From Candidatus Cloacimonadota bacterium (GTDB lineage Bacteria; Cloacimonadota; Cloacimonadia; Cloacimonadales; WRIO01), in the NCBI GenBank assembly GCA_029564175.1, contig JAKQQL010000220.1, positions 1 to 20,631 of the forward strand: a DNA stretch of 20,631 bases. The letters run 5' to 3'. This document shows, piece after piece, positions 8,831 through 16,993 of this stretch (positions are counted from its first letter, which is position 1; every line of letters begins with the position of its first letter). The translations under genes were made by a program, and so were the position numbers. The notes under the pieces are model-generated. The model saw only the letters and a list, made by a program, of their open reading frames with translations, had not been told where the DNA came from and searched no databases.

Positions 8831-10126
8831 TTAGCCAAACATCTTTTTCATCTCACTCTCTTCAAACGGCTTGGTCAGATGTATGTACCTGTCCATGATG
8901 CTGTATGAAGATTGACCAACCCATTTCAGTATGCTTTTCCAGTTTACTCCTTTAATGACCGCCAATGAAATAAAAGTGTCCCTGAAATTGTGACTGGTAT
9001 GATCGGTTTTGAATTTCAAATCTTTATATTCGTCTTTTGCTGCCAGGATTTTCAAAAGATCCTCTATTCCACGATTATATGCCTGATTTGTCAGTTTAAA
9101 GCAGGATGTATCAAATCCTACCTCTTCCAATATTTCTTTTGCATATCGATTGAGTGGTTGCTCGACTTCAACATCAAATCTTTCCGTCTTCTTAGGGGTA
9201 AATATCAGAAACCCACTTTCAATATTTTCAGGCCGGATTCTTTTTATGTCATCAAATCGCACCCCGGTGAAACATTGCAGTAGTATCATTTTTCTTATAA
9301 CTTCCTGATTTTTGAGATCAAACTTATGATTATACAATGCCATCAATTGTTCTTCAGATATTGGATTGGGTTTGTTCTTACTTTTTTCACCTCTCTTAAA
9401 AAGCTTTGACTGGAATTTATCCGTCATATCGATATTTTTCTCATCCTTTATTTCCCAGTAATAGTAGAGGACCGTGATAAGAACGGTATATGTTTTTTCA
9501 ATGGTACCCTGACTGTATTCCTTCTCTGTAAGCCATACTTCGAAATCATCCGACCAGCTTATATTAATATCAGGTAAGTATGTCTTTTTGTCTCTGCTGT
9601 CATCAAATTGTTTGATCCTGTTCATTACAGTCTTGAACTCCTTTATAGTGCCATGTGGATGACCTAACTTCTTGCGTCTGTTATAGTAATCATCCATATA
9701 GTCAACCAGGCTCTTTTTATATTTCAGCAGTCTCTTTGAGGGGAATAATTCCTCAATAATAAGGAATTCTTCCTTCTTCAATTGTGCCATTACATAATCA
9801 ACATCAGGATTATGAATGTAATTGCTGATTCTACTTTCTTTATCCTTTATGAGTCGGTTCTTTTTCTGATAATCAAAATCTCCCCTTAACACTTCGCCCT
9901 TTTTTGCAGACCAGAATTTAGGGTTTACTCTGACATCAGTAGGAATACGATTTTCTTTTGCATCTTTTCTTTTTAACGGATCATACCTTCTCAGCCGGAT
10001 ATATACCATGGCTTCACCATTCTTATCTAACTGACTTTTAAGGATCATTAGTTTTATTTTAAGATCCTTTGGCGTATAGTAAATGTTGATATATTTTGCG
10101 ATCTGATCTTCTGTATAATGTTTCAT
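8831..10126 (-). CDS. Tyrosine recombinase / integrase, Bacteroidota type with arm-binding and SAM-like domains
   Basis: N-term DKNGEAMVYIR...PTDVRVNPKFW; catalytic TGVRFDD, KKT, HNFRDTF, MDRY. ATG at 10126 preferred over TTG at 10135. Confidence 0.92.
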   Translation of the reverse strand: MKHYTEDQIAKYINIYYTPKDLKIKLMILKSQLDKNGEAMVYIRLRRYDPLKRKDAKENRIPTDVRVNPKFWSAKKGEVLRGDFDYQKKNRLIKDKESRISNYIHNPDVDYVMAQLKKEEFLIIEELFPSKRLLKYKKSLVDYMDDYYNRRKKLGHPHGTIKEFKTVMNRIKQFDDSRDKKTYLPDINISWSDDFEVWLTEKEYSQGTIEKTYTVLITVLYYYWEIKDEKNIDMTDKFQSKLFKRGEKSKNKPNPISEEQLMALYNHKFDLKNQEVIRKMILLQCFTGVRFDDIKRIRPENIESGFLIFTPKKTERFDVEVEQPLNRYAKEILEEVGFDTSCFKLTNQAYNRGIEDLLKILAAKDEYKDLKFKTDHTSHNFRDTFISLAVIKGVNWKSILKWVGQSSYSIMDRYIHLTKPFEESEMKKMFG

Positions 10127-10236
10127 GTAGTACAAAAATTGATTAATTTTACGAAGAATCTACAACGCCCATAAAAAGGACATTTCAGCAATAAAGGTAG
10201 CACAAAAAGTTGAATTATCAAAAAAAGTAGTACAAA
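10127..10236 (+). repeat. Three direct repeats GTAGYACAAA (putative integrase arm-type sites)
   Basis: Copies at 10127-10136, 10197-10206 and 10227-10236, between the integrase start and the att core. Confidence 0.55.
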
Positions 10237-10280
10237 TATGAATATTGATTATCAGCGTTTTAAGCTATAAAATTACTCTT

Positions 10281-10365
10281 CTCACCCCGACTTTTTAAAA
10301 ATCAGACCGTTGTAAATCAGTAAATTACAACGGTCTTTTTCTTTGTAAGCCAAATAACAAGCCAA
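10281..10365 (+). mobile_element. att-like junction 1: tRNA-Pro-like 3' end, hairpin and tandem arm-like repeats
   Basis: CTCACCCCGAC; 12-bp stem AGACCGTTGTAA/TTACAACGGTCT (10304-10336) plus T-run; AAGCCAA twice with a 12-bp period. Confidence 0.6.
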
Positions 10366-10582
10366 TTTATTATGGAGATTTGTGATTAAAGAAATTATAA
10401 TGAGTTTCTCGAATTGTCCCACCTCGTCCCCTGTATAATAATTGAGTTACTAATCCTACTTGCGGCATTCCGTATTACATGGTCACTAAATGGTTTATTA
10501 ATAATTCTTGGAATCAGCATAGATAATTTGATAATATTTATTATTATTACAGAGTAAGTTTATATAAGGTATTTTAATAAAG

Positions 10583-10786
10583 ATGAATCGCATTAAAGAA
10601 GTCCTTAGGGCACAAGGAAGGACACAAATGTGGCTTTCTGAGAAAATTGGTAAAAGCTATATAATAGTAACCAATTATTGTAATAACAAGAAACAACCAA
10701 GCATAGAGGTACTTAAATTGATTGCGGATGTCTTAGATGTAGATATTCGAGACCTTTTAGAACCGTCAAAATCGTTGAAAAAATGA
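10583..10786 (+). CDS. XRE-family HTH regulator (controller-like, first gene of the operon)
   Basis: MNRIKEVL...TQMWLSEKIGKS...NYCNNKKQPSIEVLKLIADVLDV; ATGA overlap with the methyltransferase. Confidence 0.9.
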   Translation: MNRIKEVLRAQGRTQMWLSEKIGKSYIIVTNYCNNKKQPSIEVLKLIADVLDVDIRDLLEPSKSLKK

Positions 10787-12051
10787 ATTTTCTTCACTCC
10801 GAGATAGGTTCTGCAAAAGACAACATGAAGAGTCCAATTCATAATTGGTACAAGTTTACTGCTGGATTCTCATATAAATTTGTAGAAGAGGTCATAAAAG
10901 AAGAAAGTTTGAAAGATATACCAGACTCAGTAATATTTGACCCATTTGCAGGATGTGGAACAACGTTGGTCTCTGCACAGAAAGAAGGAATTATAGGAAT
11001 TGGGAATGAGGCGCAAAGCTTCATGTATGAAATAATAAAAGCAAAAATCAATTGGAATATCAGTTCCAATGAAGTACTTACCTACCTTAACGTAATTAAT
11101 AAGTATCTGAATGATAATTACCCCACCTTCAAAATTAAAGAAGTGGCTCATCCGTTACTTTTTAGCCTTTATGATTTAAATAGACTTATTCCTCTGTACC
11201 TGATTCGTAATTCTATCCAAAATATTGAAAGCAGCAAATATAGATTGTTTTTCAAGCTCGCATTAAGCCAGACGCTTCATAAAGTGGCACTATATCCTAT
11301 TGCCGTTCCATATATCTCAAGAAATAAAAAGTTGGCTACTGAATATCAAACTTGGGAAACTTTTAATGAAATCGCACACAAAATGCTTAATGACTTAGCT
11401 CACTACCATGGGATAAAAAAAACATCAACCATTTATAAACATGATTCGAGAAAGGAGAACAAACGTATTGGGAAAAAAGCCTGCAATGTTTGTATTACCT
11501 CACCACCTTATCTGAATAATCTTGATTATGGGGAAGTCTCAAAAGTTCATACTCATTTTTTTGATATAACTTCCAACTGGCAAGACATTACAGAAAGTGT
11601 CAGGAAGAATCTCGTAACAGGGTCAACGACTCATTATAATGATTCTGAGTTTGAATTTGACACATTTTTAACGAACGAATTCTGTTCCACTAATAAGAAT
11701 ATAATTCCATTTCTGATAAATAAAGCCTTAGAGATTAAGGATATTTCAAAAGTCAGAGCAGGTAGAAAAAGTTTCAATATCTTATTATTGTATTACTTCA
11801 ATGATATGTATAATGTACTTAAAGAAATTAGAAGAGTTCTAACTGATGACGGTAAAGCTTATATGATTCTGGGAGATAGTGCTCCCTATGGTATATATAT
11901 TCCAACAACAGAAATTTTGGGGAAAATAGCTTGTAATACAGGTTTTGAAGATTTTAAAATCATAAATATCCGGACAAGGGGTGGAAAATGGAAAACCTTG
12001 AAACATAGACATAATTTAATCTTAACTGAGAATGTTTTAATTTTAAAATGA
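10783..12051 (+). CDS. DNA amino-methyltransferase, alpha motif order, probably N4-cytosine
   Basis: HNWYKFTAGFS, motif I IFDPFAGCGTT, motif IV ITSPPY, and LKEIRRVL...MILGDS. Confidence 0.88.
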   Translation: MNFLHSEIGSAKDNMKSPIHNWYKFTAGFSYKFVEEVIKEESLKDIPDSVIFDPFAGCGTTLVSAQKEGIIGIGNEAQSFMYEIIKAKINWNISSNEVLTYLNVINKYLNDNYPTFKIKEVAHPLLFSLYDLNRLIPLYLIRNSIQNIESSKYRLFFKLALSQTLHKVALYPIAVPYISRNKKLATEYQTWETFNEIAHKMLNDLAHYHGIKKTSTIYKHDSRKENKRIGKKACNVCITSPPYLNNLDYGEVSKVHTHFFDITSNWQDITESVRKNLVTGSTTHYNDSEFEFDTFLTNEFCSTNKNIIPFLINKALEIKDISKVRAGRKSFNILLLYYFNDMYNVLKEIRRVLTDDGKAYMILGDSAPYGIYIPTTEILGKIACNTGFEDFKIINIRTRGGKWKTLKHRHNLILTENVLILK

Positions 12052-13058
12052 TTACAAATATTGAAATAAGCAAATCGATTAAATACCAGATACCATATCT
12101 TAATTCAAAAGAATTTAAGAATCAATTTAATATGGGGTGGGGATATTTTTATATCTACCATTTTCGTGAATTTAAGGACATCTACCTTGCGGTGAAAGAA
12201 TTCAACTTTACTTCCTTGCCAGTTTTTACAGACCTTGTAATAAAAAAACTTAAAATTAAGCCTGTCCAAACGCCTTGGGATAGAGAAGGAAGGAGAATAA
12301 ATGAGTATATAAATGCTTTTAAGAAACTCGCTCTGCTAAGTGAGAATAACGAATTAGTAGATAGGACACTCTTTTTAGATTCTGAAATTGGAAATGAATT
12401 GACAAAAAACGATTTAACAATCTTTAAGAATCTCTTCTTCAGGTATTATAGATTCCGAGAAATAATGTCATGGTTTTTAAACCCCTTAAATAATGTGAGC
12501 AGAAATGAACTAATTGAAAATATTACTGAAGAGAAATTAATATCTGAGTCAAAAGTAATTTATTCTTACTCAAATAAGAGTAGATTTAATGACACCTTCT
12601 TTTTTAAACTCAAGGACAATACTCCAATTTACTATATTAACAATGATGATGAAGATTTTATGAGGTTTTGGGACGTTTTCATTTCTTGGGCAAAAAATCT
12701 TGGCTTGGTTGAAAAAATAAACTTGAAAAGTTTGAACATTACTCTTTCTAATCATAAAAAGTCAATAACTTGTGTTTATTTCCTATCTGAGGCTGAGTCA
12801 ACCTTTGATTTATATGATTATATCCAAGATAATTTCAAATCAAAATATATTAATACTGCTAAACTTGTGATTAATTTGGCGATTAAGTACAGGTTACCAA
12901 TTGAATCCATCAAGAATCAAATTGTGAAACAATGTAAGGAGAAAAAGAATAAGCTTAGCATGCAAAGGACATCGAGAGTCTTTATAAGGGACAAAACCGA
13001 ATTAAATTGTATACCTAAAGTAAATAATTATTATATATCACACATAATGGTAATATGA
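12048..13058 (+). CDS. Uncharacterised protein, probable tandem winged-helix DNA-binding protein
   Basis: ATGA overlaps at both ends. The segments RRINEYINAFKKLALL and RFWDVFISWAKNLGLV look wHTH-like; the fold is inferred. Confidence 0.6.
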   Translation: MITNIEISKSIKYQIPYLNSKEFKNQFNMGWGYFYIYHFREFKDIYLAVKEFNFTSLPVFTDLVIKKLKIKPVQTPWDREGRRINEYINAFKKLALLSENNELVDRTLFLDSEIGNELTKNDLTIFKNLFFRYYRFREIMSWFLNPLNNVSRNELIENITEEKLISESKVIYSYSNKSRFNDTFFFKLKDNTPIYYINNDDEDFMRFWDVFISWAKNLGLVEKINLKSLNITLSNHKKSITCVYFLSEAESTFDLYDYIQDNFKSKYINTAKLVINLAIKYRLPIESIKNQIVKQCKEKKNKLSMQRTSRVFIRDKTELNCIPKVNNYYISHIMVI

Positions 13059-14386
13059 TGGACACAGACGATAAACTTAATGAGCTAATAAGGAAGAAAA
13101 GGGAAACCAGAACCGAACCGAATAGGTACTTAAAACTTGGATTGGAGTTCAATCCATTTCCAAGGGCGGGTATCTCCGATATTAACAGCAATGTAATAAT
13201 TACAGAAAGGTTAAAGCCGCTTGATGAAGATGTAGAACAAGCAGTATTACATTACATTAGTGATTCATTATTCCCCAATAATCCGAATTCAGAGGATAAA
13301 TACCTCAGCGCAGTCATTAGGGGTGATTATGGATACGGAAAAACCCAAACGCTCCTTTATATAAAATTCATGTTAGAAAGCTTTCCTGAGAAGCTTAAAT
13401 ATCCTAAAAAACCATACGTGATATATATTGACAATCCGGGGGCAAAATTAATGGAGCTAATTGGTGCAATTATTCACGAAATTGGAGAAGAAAATTTCAA
13501 AAAGTATTTGTGGAATACATTTATTGATTTTATTAATAAGAGCCAAAATATTAAAGATGAGTTAAATTCATATCTGCCACATGGGTACTCATTATTTGGG
13601 TCAGACAAGTATAATCCATTTTCGATTGAGAATACAATTAACTACAAAAAGTTTATTGATGGGTACTATCAATATTTCCAACGGGATGTAAAAAAGAAGA
13701 AACAATTTCAAGACCTGTTGAAAGTTCACGTTATTTCTTTCTTTACAAAAAAATATAATAATTCAACAGTTGCAGGTTATTTCTTTGACTTACTTTCTGA
13801 TAACATTGGTATAAATAAAACATGGGAAATCCTTACTACAGGTGGGGCTAAGGACTTAGATAAGAAAGAAGTATACATAATAAGAGCAATATTTGATTTA
13901 TTGAAAGAACAAGGCTTTACCGATTTTTATATCCTTGTTGATGAGTTCGAAGCTGTGACCTTTGGGCGACTATCTTCATCTGAAATCGACAGATACTTCG
14001 CAAATCTTAGAGCATTGATTGATAAAGAAAGAAATTGGTGTTCCGTTTTTGCAATGACAGTTCCTGCATTTGGTCAGCTTAGGCAGTTTTCTCCTCCGCT
14101 GGCTGATAGAATAAGTGGTAAAATTATAGATTTAAAACCACTCGACTTTATACGTGCAAAAGTTCTTGTGCTTCAATATTTAAACCTTGCAAGAAATCAA
14201 TCAGATTCGACTTTCCCTTTTGACGATACTGCGTTAGAAGAGTTAGTCAAGGTTACAAATGGAAATCATAGGATATTTCTTAAGACATGTTTCTTATTAA
14301 TTCAAAGAGCGATTGATGAACTCAAGGACAAAGAACCTATCTCTTTTGAATTTGTTGCAAAGCATTTTCAGATTGAAGAGGAATAA
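13055..14386 (+). CDS. P-loop AAA+-type ATPase
   Basis: LGLEFNPFP, Walker A GDYGYGKT, Walker B FYILVDEFE, PLADRI (Arg finger-like), TNGNHR (sensor-2-like). Confidence 0.88.
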   Translation: MMDTDDKLNELIRKKRETRTEPNRYLKLGLEFNPFPRAGISDINSNVIITERLKPLDEDVEQAVLHYISDSLFPNNPNSEDKYLSAVIRGDYGYGKTQTLLYIKFMLESFPEKLKYPKKPYVIYIDNPGAKLMELIGAIIHEIGEENFKKYLWNTFIDFINKSQNIKDELNSYLPHGYSLFGSDKYNPFSIENTINYKKFIDGYYQYFQRDVKKKKQFQDLLKVHVISFFTKKYNNSTVAGYFFDLLSDNIGINKTWEILTTGGAKDLDKKEVYIIRAIFDLLKEQGFTDFYILVDEFEAVTFGRLSSSEIDRYFANLRALIDKERNWCSVFAMTVPAFGQLRQFSPPLADRISGKIIDLKPLDFIRAKVLVLQYLNLARNQSDSTFPFDDTALEELVKVTNGNHRIFLKTCFLLIQRAIDELKDKEPISFEFVAKHFQIEEE

Positions 14387-14396
14387 AGAAAAGGTT

Positions 14397-15464
14397 ATGG
14401 AAAAATGGAGCGACCATCCTACCGAGAATTATAAAATAAAAATTTTTCTTGATACAAATATTCTCGCTTGTTTAATTGATGAAACTCATTCTGGTTTAAC
14501 AGAATCGATAAAACTTTTAAGCCAATCAGAATTCATCAAATTAGTAAGCTCAGTTTATGTTGCCTTCGAGTTTGTAGGTATCAGGAAAAGAGAGCACTTC
14601 CTTCGGAAAGTAATTGAGAATTCAAAGAATACAAAGAAAGGTCATTCAAATTACAGTACACTTTTTAAATTTAAGGATAGTTTTAAGAGTGATGACGTAG
14701 ATTTTTTTTCTATTAATGAGGCAATTAAGCAGGACATAGAGACTGAGATTAATAAAATTACCTCAATGTTTAACATTGAATATTCTGATAACAATTTTCA
14801 TGAAGCACTTTATAAGCCTACTATTGATATATGTTTAGCTTCAAGAATTTCCAGAGAGGATAGTCTAATGCTCATTTCTGCCTTACTTCCTGAGCCAAAT
14901 AAACCTGAAAAACAGATTTTTATATTGTCAAAAGACCAAGATTTTATTGATGCTTTCAATGAGTTCCAGTCAGAAAGAGTTCTATCTCAAAATAGTCTTT
15001 TTAGACCAACGCTATTGAATCTGAGAAATATAAGTTCGGTAAACTTAATATCGCAGATTCCTAAGAATCTTAATGAATTTTGGGGTAAAATGGTTATTAG
15101 TCAATTAATTATTAATAATCAACAGACATATCTTGGGATAGCATTTTCCCCAGCTAATCCAAGATTTCCAAAAGATGTATTTTGCTTTGAATTAATTTCT
15201 GATAAGCAATTAACCAGTAATATTTACATAACAGTAATTGGGAAAGACCTTGACTTTATCTATACAACCAAGCATAGAGTGACAGAATTCTGGAACAATA
15301 AGCCAATCAAAAATTACCCATTTGTTTGCTCAGCAAATGCTTCAAACATTTCTTTTAAGATTTATGAAGTTGATTCTTCCGGTAAGAATGTGGCATTGAG
15401 TATGCAGAAGATGAATAAACTAAGAGAAAAAGGTAATTTGGTATTTGTTCATCCGGACACATAG
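14397..15464 (+). CDS. PIN-domain protein with an uncharacterised C-terminal domain
   Basis: IKIFLDTNIL, AFEF, REDSLMLISAL and ILSKDQDF supply the acidic PIN active-site pattern. ATG at 14397 is 10 nt after the ATPase stop. Confidence 0.75.
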   Translation: MEKWSDHPTENYKIKIFLDTNILACLIDETHSGLTESIKLLSQSEFIKLVSSVYVAFEFVGIRKREHFLRKVIENSKNTKKGHSNYSTLFKFKDSFKSDDVDFFSINEAIKQDIETEINKITSMFNIEYSDNNFHEALYKPTIDICLASRISREDSLMLISALLPEPNKPEKQIFILSKDQDFIDAFNEFQSERVLSQNSLFRPTLLNLRNISSVNLISQIPKNLNEFWGKMVISQLIINNQQTYLGIAFSPANPRFPKDVFCFELISDKQLTSNIYITVIGKDLDFIYTTKHRVTEFWNNKPIKNYPFVCSANASNISFKIYEVDSSGKNVALSMQKMNKLREKGNLVFVHPDT

Positions 15465-15749
15465 TATTTGGTAACAGTTTTCTCTTATATGCCTGAACAC
15501 ATCTTTCCAGCATCATGTGCATTATAGTCCCTATTTTACAAATTCATTTTCAAAATTTCTTTAAAGAGTGAGATTTATAATCGAAAGCTGAAACCATTTA
15601 GGAAATTGTTGATGCGATGGAAAACAACCAGATAGGTATCAACATCTGAAAGTATTCTTGAGGCGGAAAGGCAGTAGTGACGTCCCGGAATTTGGAGAAG
15701 AATATCTGCTGGTTTGTGGCGAGGGATTTGTATTGTAAAGTATTAGACT

Positions 15750-15834
15750 TCTTCTCGACTGATTAAACATGATGCCGTTGTAAATCAATATATTACAACG
15801 GCATTTTTCTTTGTGGTAAAAAATATGGTAAAAA
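15750..15834 (+). mobile_element. att-like junction 2: tRNA-Pro-like 3' end, hairpin and tandem arm-like repeats
   Basis: TCTTCTCGAC; 12-bp stem ATGCCGTTGTAA/TTACAACGGCAT (15772-15804) plus T-run; TGGTAAAAA twice with a 12-bp period. Spacing is the same as junction 1. Confidence 0.55.
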
Positions 15835-15847
15835 TGTCTCTTAGTAA

Positions 15848-16291
15848 CTATGCAGCCATTCCAACCTTTAATACCTGCGAAAGTGAATTTATTTGGTCTT
15901 CAGAAAAGAATCCCCATGGGAATAGTTTCTCACAATAAATATCCAAATTTACTAACGTTTTATATGGAAGTTTTGAAGAGATATAGGATGCATAAACTTC
16001 CATATCTTTAATACTATTGATATGAAAAGCCAGTAAAAGAAGGACATCACATGTGAATTTAATCCCTGCTGATTCACTGAGAATTTTTGAAAAAGAACAC
16101 AACAATTGACTTTCGAGTATTAATTGAAAATGGATGTATTCAGAGCATGACTTATCGATTTCATCAATTTCCTGATTTAAATTGTCAGTGTTATTTAACA
16201 TCATATTAAATAAAAATAGTGTTTCAACCTCATCCATTGGAGTACATGGATTCAAGTTTTTAAAAACTTCGATTAAATGATTTTTGTCCAT
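15848..16291 (-). CDS. Hypothetical protein (147 aa)
   Basis: Clean ATG ORF preceded by an ECF-like promoter; no motif recognised. Confidence 0.65.
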   Translation of the reverse strand: MDKNHLIEVFKNLNPCTPMDEVETLFLFNMMLNNTDNLNQEIDEIDKSCSEYIHFQLILESQLLCSFSKILSESAGIKFTCDVLLLLAFHINSIKDMEVYASYISSKLPYKTLVNLDIYCEKLFPWGFFSEDQINSLSQVLKVGMAA

Positions 16292-16313
16292 CTTCTAAGT
16301 AATTTATTGTTTA

Positions 16314-16345
16314 TACTTATACGATAAAGAATTTGAAATGTTACA
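16314..16345 (-). promoter_or_regulatory. ECF-sigma-like promoter TGTAAC-N16-CGTATAAGTA (copy 1)
   Basis: The minus strand reads TGTAAC atttcaaattctttat CGTATAAGTA, ending 22 nt before the ATG at 16291. Confidence 0.6.
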
Positions 16346-16371
16346 TAAATAGCAGAATATCAATTATATAT

Positions 16372-16453
16372 AGAAATAATAAAGCTGGCAGTTTTTGCCA
16401 GCTTACTTTGAACCAATTATTTTAATGAAAACAACAACCAAAACATTTTCATT
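16372..16453 (-). ncRNA. Candidate ~80-nt small RNA
   Basis: Lies between ECF-like promoter copy 2 and a terminator hairpin; no substantial ORF. Ends are approximate. Confidence 0.4.
16382..16404 (-). terminator. Intrinsic terminator-like hairpin
   Basis: AAGCTGGCA-5 nt-TGCCAGCTT, followed on the minus strand by TATTATTT. Confidence 0.6.
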
Positions 16454-16485
16454 TACTTATACGAATGTTTTTAATGAATGTTACA
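16454..16485 (-). promoter_or_regulatory. ECF-sigma-like promoter TGTAAC-N16-CGTATAAGTA (copy 2)
   Basis: The minus strand reads TGTAAC attcattaaaaacatt CGTATAAGTA, offset exactly 140 bp from copy 1. Confidence 0.6.
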
Positions 16486-16535
16486 AGGTATCATAATAAA
16501 AATGTAATCAAGTGATTAATGTCGCTCTTTGGGTA

Positions 16536-16844
16536 TCATTTATCCTTATTCCCAATATTATCCCATTTCGTGCCCTGCCAGTTGCTTATCACCCCTTCAT
16601 TTTCACATACCGGACAATACCAACGGATTTCTCCCTTAGCTCTGCTTAGTGCAGAGTTTATTGTTCCATGACAACCTTTGTGAAAGCATCTGATTTCTGT
16701 TGCGGTCAGTGTAATGTGACTGGTCTTTGTTGTTGAATCAACCACCAGTGCAAGAAAACTTGCCAGTTCTCTGGCTTCCTTTGGCATCTGCTTTGGGATG
16801 TTTCCTTGTTTATCAAGGAAATGGGTCATGTTAGAGATATACAT
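16536..16844 (-). CDS. Small hypothetical protein with a probable zinc ribbon
   Basis: CFHKGC and WYCPVC give four Cys; C-term WQGTKWD. Confidence 0.7.
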   Translation of the reverse strand: MYISNMTHFLDKQGNIPKQMPKEARELASFLALVVDSTTKTSHITLTATEIRCFHKGCHGTINSALSRAKGEIRWYCPVCENEGVISNWQGTKWDNIGNKDK

Positions 16845-16993
16845 AAATGGATTGGTTTACCGTAAATTTTAGTTTTTAAGATAATCTTTAAAAATATATC
16901 GAATTGGACAAAAGTTTTAATTATGATATCTTTATTTTTTGAAAACTCCTTGATAATAGTGCACACATTTTATGGTGATAAGGGAATTAAAAC

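Larger units (their letters stand above)
1..10291. mobile_element. Integrative (probably mobilisable) element, right part; left end lies outside the window
   Basis: Tyrosine integrase at 8831-10126 sits beside an att-like core at 10281-10291. Also present are a Rep_trans-like gene, a serine resolvase, a ParB-methylase and TA cargo. Confidence 0.65.

Noticed and set aside
10270..10300. Complete tRNA gene at the att junctions
   Set aside because: Only about 10 nt resembling a 3' acceptor strand is present; there is no T-loop GTTCGA or cloverleaf upstream at either junction.
10416..10468. Possible third att remnant (GTCCC twice, then AATCCTACTTGCGGCA resembling a tRNA 3' end)
   Set aside because: The match is short, cannot be assigned to a tRNA with confidence, and lacks the hairpin seen at the other two junctions.
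10583..15464. Calling the operon BREX, DISARM or a classical type II R-M system
   Set aside because: No PglZ, BrxL, helicase, PLD or recognisable restriction endonuclease is visible.
15584..15649. Possible pseudogene tail (KAETI*EIVDAMENNQIGINI*)
   Set aside because: It is too short and has no recognisable family motif.
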